DNA of 64,000 nt from Squalus acanthias (taxonomy: Eukaryota): NCBI GenBank assembly GCA_030390025.1, contig CM059432.1:132000001-132064000 (forward strand), written 5' to 3'. The notes under the pieces were generated by a model, which was not told the DNA's origin, did no database searches, and saw only the letters and a list, made by a program, of their open reading frames with translations. The position numbers and the translations under genes are program-made. Below are positions 22,601-34,600 of this stretch, in pieces (the first letter of the stretch is position 1; each line of letters starts with the position of its first letter).

Positions 22601-25600
22601 CTCTATCTACATTATCACTTCCCCATCTCACTAGCCACCCCTCACACTCACCCTCATCCTAGTCCAATCATACCAACTAACAACACACAAGGGTAGGCAC
22701 TTGGGTGTTTTAGCCAATGTTTGTGTAAACTTTCTGTTATTGTGTTGTCAAGCATTGAAATCTTTATTTTCAATACTTTGCCTTCTTGGACAGATTTGTG
22801 TGCACCTTTGAAAGTGTCTTATTGAGTTCCAGTGAATGGTGAGACATATCTTCCCCTCCACGCCCCCCCCCCCCCCCCCCCCCCACAATGGTGATGAGTG
22901 TGAAAGGTATTGCTTGGACATTGTAGGGATGCTTTATGGTGCTGATGTGGGGTGGTGCCAACCTGGTGCATCATGTGGCAGCCAGGGTATATAGTGTTAA
23001 GTCAAACAAATCTGGTCATGGTGAGGCCATCGCTGGCGTCCCGGGCAGCAATGTGCACGGGTGATGATGCCCTGTGTCCAGGGCAGCATTAGTTGATTGT
23101 GGGGAAGGCTGGTGTGGATGTTGGTGCTGCTGGTGTGCCCGGTGATGCTGGTGTTGGGGCTGATCGTTTTGGGATTCTGAGGACCAAGGTGAGATTTTTT
23201 CAAGGGCACCGATGCTGATGGAATAGATGGCAGGTGAGGTTGAGATGACAAGTAATCTGTCAATGTTGAGTTAGGTTGTTCCAAGGAGGTGACAGTGGAT
23301 AGAGAGATTACTCCAAACACTTCAAAAGTGCATAAAGCTCAAAAGTGAGTTCCAAATCATTAATGCTCCAGCTTCTAAGATTGGGAAGTGAACAGCTGTG
23401 GTATGTTTTATACCACTTTTGCAGCTGTCACCTAATCACAGCAATCCACAGTCATTGAGAACACGACATACTTACCTGACGTGATAGCTGCTCTCCGGGA
23501 ACCTCGTTGAAAACCTGGTAAAATGGTAAGTACATGGAAAAATAGTTCTTAACTACCTTTTAATAAGCTTTTAACTATCTAAGTTGACTGACCCGCTGCT
23601 TGGTGTCGAGTCTGTTCACGGATAACAGACCCGACACTTGGGAAACTGACAAGGAGGCGGGTTTACAGCGGGATACTGACGCGCTGTCAATCTTTGTGAT
23701 TTTGACAGCGGACCCGCCTCCAAACCCGTACTCTGAGCACCGGTAAAATTCCAGCCAGAGTCTCTACTCTTCCAAATTTGTTCTTACTGTGTGTGTCCTC
23801 CCTTCCTCTGCTCCACTGTCTGTGACAGAGCCTTCAACAACCAGGCTATGCAATATGGAATTCTTTTCCCAAGCCTCTTTGCGTTGCTGCCTCTCTTTCC
23901 TCTTAAAAAGCCCCTGCAAAATGTACCTCGTTGACTTTGCCTTCAAATACTTCCCCTAACTTGTATCCCAAATTCTGCTTTGTGTCAGCCGCTTCCTACT
24001 GTAAAGTACCTTAGATCATTTATGTGAAAGATGCTCCGTAACATCGCCCGACTCCGCCCCGCCTCAGCTCATCTGCTGCTGAAACCCTCATCCATGCCTT
24101 TGTTATCTCTAGACTCAATTATTCCAACGCACTCCTGCCTGGCTTCCCATCTTCCACCCTCCATAAACTTAAGCTCATCCAAAACTCTGCTGCCCGTATC
24201 CTAACTCGCACCAAGTCCCTTTTATCCCTCACCCCTGTGCACGCTGACCTACATTGGCTCTCGGTTGAGCGAGGCCTCGATTTTAAAATTCAATCATTGT
24301 TTTCAAATCCCTCCATGACCTCGCCCCTCTCTATCTCTGTAATCTCCTCCAGCCCTACAACCCACCGAGATATCTGTGCTCCTCCAATTCTGGCCTTTTC
24401 GCATCCCCGATTTTAATCGCTCCACCACTGGTGGCCGTGCCTTCAGCTGCCAAGGCCTTAAGCTCTGGAATTCCCTGCCTAAACCTCTCCGCCTCTCTAC
24501 CTCACTTTCCTCCTTTAAGACGCTCCTTAAAACCTACCTCACCTGCCCTAATATCTCCTTATGTGGCTTGGTGTCAAATTTAGTCTGATAACGCTCCTGT
24601 GAAGCGCCCTGGGATGTTTTACTATGTTAAAAGCGCTATATAAATGCAAATAGTTGTACACAAAGCACTTTAAATGTTTACAGGCCTGCTGTGTATTTCT
24701 GGAATTTAGTTTTTTATTCCAGATATAAACATTTTGCTCTTGACAGGGCCCATCCCGAATGCAGTTTTCAAAACCAGTGATTGCTGCAGTGAGTGGATAT
24801 GCAGTAGCTGGAGGACTAGAGCTCTCTTTGTTGGCTGACTTGCGTATAATGGAACAAAGTGCTATCATGGGAGTGTTCTGCAGACGTTTTGGTAAGTTTG
24901 CAAGCTGAGCAGAGGCCTGTAACTTGTAACATTCACAGTAGCACAGTAGCAAGTATAAAATACCATCTCTATTTCCCTCCCCCAGGTGTTCCACTAATTG
25001 ATGGAGGTACAGTAAGGCTACCAAAGCTAATTGGGTTATCCAGGGCACTGGACCTTATTTTGACTGGACGTCCTATTGGTGCGCAAGAAGCTTATGAATT
25101 TGGGCTTGTCAATCGAGTCGTCCCAGATGGTCAAGGTTTGTATGACCCTTGATTTTAAAAGGGAAGTAAACTAGTTGCAGTCAGCTAACATTATAGGCCA
25201 CTGGTATCATTGCATCTCATTTTCGAAAAAAAAACAAGCAGTCATGCCCAAGTTAAATTGTATTAGGGAGGAGAAAACGACTTGACTAGTATTTGAATGA
25301 ATGCCATTTAAGCTGTAGCGTTGAAACACTATCCAGTGCTATCACTAAGATTTTAGTCAAATGTAATGATAGGTGTGTGAAATTTTCATACTTAAACTGG
25401 ACACACCTGGAAGTACAGTTAGATTTGTCCTTCCAAATTAGAGTTTTTTGAACTGCTGTGAAATATGAAATTTACCTGTACAATATGTTTCGTGTGACCT
25501 GGGACTCCACGCACACAAAAAAATTCTGCACGTTTTTTCAGATTCTGATTGCAAAAATCACAGTGAAGTTGAAACTGTGAAACTGTCCTGTTACTATTGG

Positions 25601-28600
25601 GTTTGATTTCTCCACTCATCAGCACTTTAGTCATTTGAATCCAGAGCATGTGTGAAGTACTGATGCTGTGGGGGGAGTTTTAACATAGGCGAGTGTGTGC
25701 TGGTGAGGGGGGTGTTAAATGGGCAAAAACTCGAAGCATGTCAGGAAGCCGGCTCCAACTCGCCGATTTCCGTGTTTTACTGAGGCGGGGCAAGGGGCAG
25801 ACAGCCAACACGCTTTAAATATGTCAATGAGGCTGGAAGCCTCTGATTTTTACTGTGGCTAGCTGGGTTTCCCGGGCCTCGGGAAACCCGGCAGCTGCAG
25901 CGGGATGAAGACAGCCTCGGGGAGCACTCCTTGTGGGCCAGGAGGAGCAGGAGTGCTTCCTCCCGGGCCCCTAAGTTCCCCCCCGGGATCGGACCCCCGA
26001 CTGGGGTTGGGGATCGGACACACCTGATCCTGCGGCCTCCTCTGGAGTGCTCCCCACCCGACTGTAAGCCAAGCCTGTCAATCAGGCTGACTTCCGGGCA
26101 GGGAACCTGTCACTGACAGAAGACACACGCTGTGGAGTTAAATCTCCACAGCGTGCGGTCTACGGGGGACCCCTGCTCCCAACGCGTCGGGAAGTAAAAA
26201 TTCCCCTCTGTGTCTTTCCCCAACTCTGGAGGGAGTTACCAGCAAGAACAGTAACAACACAATTTACACTTCTACAGAAGCTGCTGTTACACGGTTAACA
26301 TGTACTCTGCTCACAGCACTGTATAAACCAGAGACATTTAACATGCTGGTCAACAGAATGTGTTGACTTTTGACACCAGCTGCTAATTTTTAGAGTCAGG
26401 AGAGCCAAGGCACCAGCACTTAACACACACTCTTAAAGTGCGGCCGAGCTGCGAAACTGACAGGAGAATACTTCGGGAGCACTGGGACTTCAGCGGGCAG
26501 AGAGGTAGAAACTGACGATTAACATTTGTCATCAGTTTCACAAGACACCAGGGTGGAGTACTGGTAGGAGCGATTTGAGGTGATGAGTCTGGAGTATCAC
26601 ATGCATACCATATTAGCACAAGCCTAAAGCATTTGGTTTAATTTTTTCCGATGGCGTAATATATCAAATATGCTTAGTGGTAATGGTATTGTTTATGAAA
26701 ATTGTATTCCAGCAGTTTCTACATCTGGCAAAGACATTCCTATGTATGTGCAAATGAAGGGTTACTCACATGTAATCATCACAATGGTGAAAAGTTCTTT
26801 AAGAACAGTTATAGAGGAGACTCCAGAATCCAGTCTCAAATTGTAATTTCTGATTTACCAGATACTCGGTATGCGAGGTCGTTGCTAAGCATGCTCATGG
26901 CAATCTTGCTTCGCTTTCCTCAGTGCTGTTAACGTGCCAGTCGTTCCCATTCCCACTGTAGTTTGTGGTCAAAGTCACGTAATGTTTGACACGCTGACCT
27001 CTCGCTGCCCCAGTGAGACTGCTTTGGTGAGAATAAACAAGCACTTTGCGATGACTTTCACTTCTGCACATAGAGAGCTTCTTGCACTGCCAATATTTGA
27101 CTCAGCTGGGAAGGAATGTTTATGCTTCAGAATAGTTCACAATAATAAAAGACCTTTAGTCCCTGCACTAAAATCAGTGGCCTTGAAATTACACTCTGCG
27201 ACTATTATGAATGCTTAATAGATTTTGCAGGAATTTCATCTGTACGATGTTTTAATGGAGGCAATAACCGGCTTAAAATAATCGGTTAATGCCGTCATTA
27301 AAATAGCAGGCAGAGGAGTTTATGGCGGATGTGTTTTTGTATGCCTATTTACACAGCACAATTTCAAGGCCAGTGTATCATTTCTAACTACACCGTCATA
27401 TGTTTGCATTACTGTTTAAAGTGTCTGGAAAGTATTGCAGTGTCACCAAGTGTGGATCAGCTGGAATGTTGGCTTATTTGTGCAGCCGAATGTTTGCTCA
27501 GTGCTCCAAGGCCAAGATACCACAAGACTTGGGAGTAACTGCAATTATTTGAGGCTTATCTTGCAAGTGCAGCAAATCATAGTAATCCCATGACCATTTC
27601 ATTTTTCCTGAAGTGTTTTCCATTTTAAACAAAAAAATAGTTCCATGATTTAGGTTTGGTAGTGCGAACTCTGTGACCTGGCTCACTGATGGCAAAATTA
27701 TGGACGCCAGTCTCCCAGAATTCAAACTAACCAAACACCAAAGCATCTCATTTTTAGTTACATTCTTCACTCCCTTCTTTGTATCATTCACTGCTGCTCA
27801 GTGAAGATGATCTACCCACGCCTTTGCCAAGCTGGGGGCTCTAGAACGAGGAGTCACAGTCTCAGGATACCAGGTAGGACATTTAGGACTGAGATGAGGA
27901 GAAATTTCTTCACTCAGAGGGTGGTGAACCTGTGGAATTCTCTACCACAAAAGGCTGTGGAGGCCAAGTCACTGAATATATTTAAGAAGTAGATAGATTT
28001 CTAGACGCAAAAGGCGTCAAGGGGTATGGGGAGAGAGCGGGAATATGGTATTGAGATAGAGGATCAGCCATGATCATATTGAATGGCGGAGCAGGCTCGA
28101 AGGGCCGAATGGCCTACTCTTGCTCCTATTTTTCTATGTTTCTATGTTCTATGTTTCTAATGCTGTCCTGTAACTCGGAATTCATATGGGGCCGAGGTTG
28201 CCATTATCTTACTCTGTCCAGTGATTTGAGGATTCATAGAATCATCGAATCGTGTCTGTGCTAGCTCTCTAAAAGAGCTGTCCAATTAGTCCCACTCCCC
28301 CTCTCTTTCCCTATAGCCCTGCAAATTTGTACACTTCTAAGTATTTATCCAATTCCATTTTAAAAGTTACTATTGAATCTGCTTCCACCACCCTTTCAGG
28401 CAGTGCATTCCAGCCCATAACAACTCGCTGCATAACAAAAATGTCTCCTCATCTCCCTTCTGGTTCTTTTGGCAATTATCTTAAATTTGTGTCCTCTGGT
28501 TACCGACCCTCCTGCCAGTAGAAACAGTTTCTCCTTATTTACTGTATCAAAACCACTCCAAATTTTGAACACCTCGATAAAATCTCCCATTAACCTTCTC

Positions 28601-31600
28601 TGCTGTATGGAGAACAATCCCAGCTTCTCTAACTTTGCTACGTAACTGACATCCCTCATCCCTGGTACCATTCTAGTAAATCTCCTCTGCACCCTCTCCA
28701 AGGATTTGGCATCCTTCCTAAAGTGTGGTGCCCAGAATTGGACGCAATACTGAGGCTGAGACTTAACCAGTGATTTATAAAAGTTCAGCATAACTTCCAT
28801 GTTTTTGTACTCTATGCCTCTCTTTATAAAATTGAGAGGTCGCACAACACCAGGTTATAGTCCAACAGTTTTATTTGAAATCACAAGCTTTCGGAGCTAT
28901 CGATTTGCTCCTTCCTCAGGTGAAGTAAATTAGATACAGAATCTCCAAAGCATATATAGATGGAAAACAAAGAATGTGTACTTTACAATTGCAGACCAAT
29001 AAATTAAATCATCCTGACTATCTGCCGAGGTGTGATAAAGTTAATTAAGTCAGCCAGGAAGGTACCACATCAAAGACATAGCAAGATACAACTGAGACAA
29101 TGAGGTGTAGTCGCAGGGGTTCTAACGTGTCAAAAGCTGCCGTCTGTATGTAAAACGAAAAGCTTTAACGTTTTTTTACTTTTTTACTGGGAAAATTTTT
29201 ACTTTTTTTTACTGGGAATCACATCTGTGAACAAGCTAACGACGACTCGAGTCCGGATCACGTCATGTATCGTGACATAAACCCAAGATCCCGATTGAGA
29301 CCGTCTTCATGAGTGCGGAACTTGGCTATCAGTTTCTGCTCGATGATTTTGCGTTGTCGTGTGTTTCTAAGGTTGCCTTGGAGAACGCTTACCCGCAGAT
29401 CCGAGGCTGAATGTCCTTGACTGCTGAAGTGTTCCCCGACTGGGAGGTAACAATCCTGCCTGGCGATTGTTGCGCGGTGCTCGTTCATACGTTGTCTCAG
29501 TGTCTGCATGGTCTCGCCGATGTACCATGCCGCGGTGCATTCTTTCCTGCAACGTATGAGGTAGACAACGTTGGCCGAGTCACATGAGTATGTACCATGT
29601 ACCTGGTGGGTAGTGTCCTCACGTGTGATGGTGGTATCTGTGTTGATGATCTGGCATGTCTTGCAGAGTTTGCCATGGCAGGGTTGTGTGGTGTCGTGGT
29701 CGCTGTTATAAAGCCATGGTTATAAAGCGTGGTCTCTTTATAAAGCCATGGATCTCGTATGCTTTTTTAACCGCTTTATCAACTTGTCCTGCCACCTTCA
29801 AAGATTCCTTTGTTTGTTTTGGGTGTCATACATCTACCTGTGATCGCTATTTAACATGGGAGTGTGTAGGTTTTAAAGGAAGAGTTTGGGAAAGTTTTTT
29901 TTGAAGGAGGTAGGAGTGAAATCAATATACAGTCACCAAGCTCCCAGACCTCCAAAGAAGTTCAAACTTCACTTTCAAGAAAATATTTTTTTAAATGTTA
30001 GACTTGGAGTTAAAATCTGGCATGTCTTGCAGAGTTTGCCATGGCAGGGTTGTGTGGTGTCGTGGTCGCTGTTATAAAGCCATGGTTATAAAGCGTGGTC
30101 TCTTTATAAAGCCATGGATCTCGTATGCTTTTTTAACCGCTTTATCAACTTGTCCTGCCACCTTCAAAGATTCCTTTGTTTGTTTTGGGTGTCATACATC
30201 TACCTGTGATCGCTATTTAACATGGGAGTGTGTAGGTTTTAAAGGAAGAGTTTGGGAAAGTTTTTTTTGAAGGAGGTAGGAGTGAAATCAATATACAGTC
30301 ACCAAGCTCCCAGACCTCCAAAGAAGTTCAAACTTCACTTTCAAGAAAATATTTTTTTAAATGTTAGACTTGGAGTTAAAATCTTATTATAGATTCATGA
30401 CTTGGTTTTCCAGCGTTGTCTACGCCAGACTGAAATGGCCCACTGAATGTAATTCTTTCCTTCTCAAGGAATTTTCATGAAGGAAATTACACAAGTACTT
30501 TTTGAAGCTTTTAGTCAGAAATAGATAGGAGAGGGAAATCCTTGTGGCTATAGTGCTACTGTACATTATCTACTGTTTCCACTTTCACCTACTTGTTCAA
30601 TACCAAATTCAGTCATCTACTTCTAGATGTACGATTTTCCTGATGAGAACTGACTAGAGAGCAAACAGGCTTCCATGGCTGTGCCGTGCTCTTCTTTGCA
30701 GTTGTTCACTGTTTTGTCAAGCTGATTTGTCCTCCACCTGGAGAGAGTGTCCTAAATCTAACCATTGAATGAGTCATAGAGTCATAACGGCACAGAAGGA
30801 GGCCATTCGGCCCATCGAGTCCGTGCCGGCTCTCTGTAGACCAATCCAGTCAGTCCCATTCCCCGCTCTATCCCTGTAGCCCTGCAAGTTTGTTTCCCTC
30901 AAGTGCCTATCCAGTCTCCCCTTGAAAACATTGAGTGTCTCCACTTCCACCACTTCTGTCGGCAGCGAATTCCAGGTCATCACCACTTGCTGCGTAAAAA
31001 AGTTTTTCCTCACATCCCCCCTGTATCTCTTACCCAAAACCTTAAAACTGTGTCCCCTAGTCCTTGTACCATCAATGACTAGCCTGAAAGAAGGCACTCA
31101 ACAAAGCACCATTTGGTATCCCTGAACACCACATGGTCTGCATCTAAGTTGCCTTTTGCTGGTATGTTGGAAGTAATTCCAAGCACAGGCTCCTGTGATG
31201 TCTGCTGTGATTCACCAACCCTCTTGAGGATGGGGTTGCATGCCAAATCTCAATGGAAGAGGCAGAGTTCTTGAACACCATGTTCAGCTGACAGATCATC
31301 TGAAATCCAAGATCAAGTATCAAATATTCTCTCCAGCAAATCGGTGCAATTGAGATCAGGGACAATAAAAGTTGATCCCGAAAAAATTACTCGTCCTGCG
31401 GTCATGGATGTTTATGTTCGCCAAGTGTTAACAGTTAAGCTAGCTGCTCTCCATTGGCACTTATTTCAAATTGGTCTTGTCGATTGCTATTGCCTCACCT
31501 GTGTGGAAAGCACGAAACCTTTTGCCACGATAAAAGAAAGGATCAAAATGAGACCCAATAATTAGAGGCCAGTATGCCGGTTCTCTGTCCTGTCAAATAT

Positions 31601-34600
31601 TGTAGAAAAAATTAGAATCTGGTTACCAACTAAATTTCAGAATAAATCTTAATTTGTGATGTTATGTTTCAGGGTCCAGAAATAGTGGAATCGTCATGTG
31701 AAATTGGAACTTTCGCCAGGGGCACAGCATTTTAGTGCTATTGAAAAGATGGCCTCTCAGTTATTTGGTGAACTACTGCACTGTGATGGGTGAAATTTAT
31801 TCTCTAGAGTTTAGAAGAATGAGAGGTGATCTCATTGAAACATACAAAATTCTTACAGGGCTTGACAGGGTAGATGCAGGGAGGATGTTTCCCCTGACTG
31901 GGGAGTCTAGAACCAGGGGTCACAATCTCAGAATAAGGGGTCGGCCATTTAGGACTGAGATGAGGAGAAATTTCTTCATTCAGAGGGTGGTGAATCTTTG
32001 GAATTCTCTACCCCAGAGGGCTGTGGAGGCTCAGTCGTTGAGTGTATTCAAGACAGAGATTGATAGATTTTTGGATATTAAGGGAATCAAGGGATGTGGG
32101 GATAGTGCAGGAAAGTGGAGTTGAGGTAGAAGATCAGCCATGATCTTATTGAATGGCGGAGCAGGCGAGAGGGGGCAAATGGCCTACTCCTGCTCCTATT
32201 TCTTGTGTTCTTATGAAAGTAGCACAAAGACACCTTGAAAAGCAAGTTCAAAGCATATAACATCAGCACTGCCAAGTGGGTGGACATGGTGCTGAATAGC
32301 CTATAGTGCCACATCATCCTTTACACTTGGATACCCAAGATCTGTACGGGTTGAGCTGAAGATGAGAAAACTATAAAACCACACAGTGTGGCTGCATTCT
32401 ATCCCATGCTGCGAGCAATGCGAGACATGCTCCCCATGTCAAACTCATTAGTCACCAGCAGACACAATAGAGGAGCTAAGAAATTTCTGATGAGGTAGTC
32501 ATCCATACGTGCGGGTCAACCATCATTATTATGATACGAGATCACACAATGACGCTCTCAAATACAAAGGAAGTGCCCTTAAGGTCCAACCAGTATTGCA
32601 ACCCAAGATATTTTGTGGGTCCTGTGACCTACCAGCATCCTGTTCTTGTGAAGCTGGTCCCTGTATATAGCTGTGTGCTTGTAAATAAGTGTCACAATAT
32701 GAGCACATATGCAGTTCGCATAGAGACAATTCTGCATCAGTTTCCAGACTTTGCTCACTATCCCCAGGCTATATATAATTTTAACATTACTTTAGAGACT
32801 GTCTGCTCTGTGGGGGAATTTTTCATTTTTCAATATTTTTAGTTTTATTTGATGGAGACTATATCCTCTCAAGCATGCTCAGAAAAAATGGGGTCCTTAT
32901 GGTTTAGCCTACAAGGGATTACGGTGCCAGAATCAGCCAGATAACCAAATAAATCAAGAAGAATGGCACATGCAGGTCATTTGAGCATTGCTGTCCTGGG
33001 ACCCTATCTAAAACACAACAATGCCCCAACATCCTGAAGTAGAACAGAGCCCCTCCAAACCTGCTTCAACTTTTTCCCTGGATAATCCAGCAGGATCCAG
33101 TGAGCTTCTGTTGATGGATTGGCTGTTGAGGAGACTGATGCAGAATCCCTTGTGGTTGAAAATACTAAAGTGTTCAAACCTGATCGAGAGAAAAACATGT
33201 AACTTAAAAGGAAACTGTTGAGAGTTCCTGACTTGCAAGCCAAATATTCCACCACATAACTCATTAGTCACCAGCAGACACAATAGAGGACACGGTGGCA
33301 TAGTGGTTAGCACTGTTGCCTCACAGCGACCCGGGTTCGAATCCGGCCTCGGCTGACTGTCTGTGTGGAGTTTGCACATTCTCCCCGTGTCTGCGTGGGT
33401 TTCCTCCGGGTGCTCCGGTTTCCTCCCACAGTCCAAAGATGTGCGGGTTAGGTTGATTTGGCTATGATAAATTGACCCTTAGTGTTAGGGGGATTAAATA
33501 CATGGGGTTACGGGGATAGGGTGGGATATGTGTCGGTGCAGGCTCGATGGGCCGAAATGGCCTCTATCTGCACTGTGGGGATTCTGTGATTCTGTGATAA
33601 ATAAACCGAGTTCAGAAGCACTACCTCTGAAGATGTAACGCTCATGCAATTCTGCCATATTTTTCACCGGTTTAGACACCGTTTCACAGATGACCAATGT
33701 AATTTTCAGTACACCGAGATTGGCTCCTGTTAGCAAGCAGAAATTCTGGCTTGGCAATACCAAATAAAGTGAAATTGGAAGGATCCTACCCATTGGGGGT
33801 GAATTTCGTTGCAGCATCTCCCATTCTGCCACTGTAACTTTGGTAGAAGTGTGGCTGAAACCTTGTTTAAGTGTGTAAATGGGGTTTGCGCTGCACTCCC
33901 ACCAGGGTTACAGCGGTGGAGCAGGAAAATCTTTGAGGAAATGCATCCCCTTTTTTTTTTGGTGAGCATTGGAAGTGTTTTTGATTAGGAGGCACGTGAA
34001 TTGACGGTTACAGACTAGTTTCTGTGCACAAATACATGTTTCTGGTGAGAAGATGGCACTGACAGAATGATTAATGAGTGGACAGAATTGGAAGTCAGGA
34101 GAGGCGTTTTCCATATCACATTGGCCCGAATGTTTCTTGCAGACAGCAATGGATTATCCTTTACTTTCTCTTCATGCTACAGCTTCTGCTCCCTTGCCTG
34201 ATCCCCCTGCATCCCTTGGGTGCCTTTCTCTTCAGCCTCTCGGGCCTCCATGAGTAAGGAGCGGTCTTGCAAGACCAAGTTGTGTGATGTGCATCGCACC
34301 ACCACAATCCTTGAGACTTTAGCTGGACTATATTGCGGGGCATCCCAAGACTGGTCCAGGCACCTGAAATGTGTCTTCAGAATTCCAGTAGTCTGGTCAT
34401 TGAATGGACCTTGTTTTAGCAGGTGTCCCGGGACAGTGTGCAAGTGTCATCAGGGCTTTAGAGGGCATCCTTGACCTTCTAGGATTCTTGCAGACATTTG
34501 CTTTTCTGGTCCAATGTGTGGTGGAATGAGAGATTGCCTTAAAATAAAGGCATCGTGACCGGTGCCAGGAAAGCAAGCATCAGCATGCATGATGTGGTGC

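Larger units (their letters stand above)
28235..29807 (-). mobile_element. CR1 LINE 3' fragment interrupted by a Penelope-like element
   Basis: ORF 28396..28845 ([23 protein letters not shown]...[11 protein letters not shown]); the host sequence resumes at 29733. Confidence 0.85.

Noticed and set aside
33291..33360. tRNA gene
   Set aside because: tRNA-derived SINE head continuing into V-SINE core and tail; no full cloverleaf.
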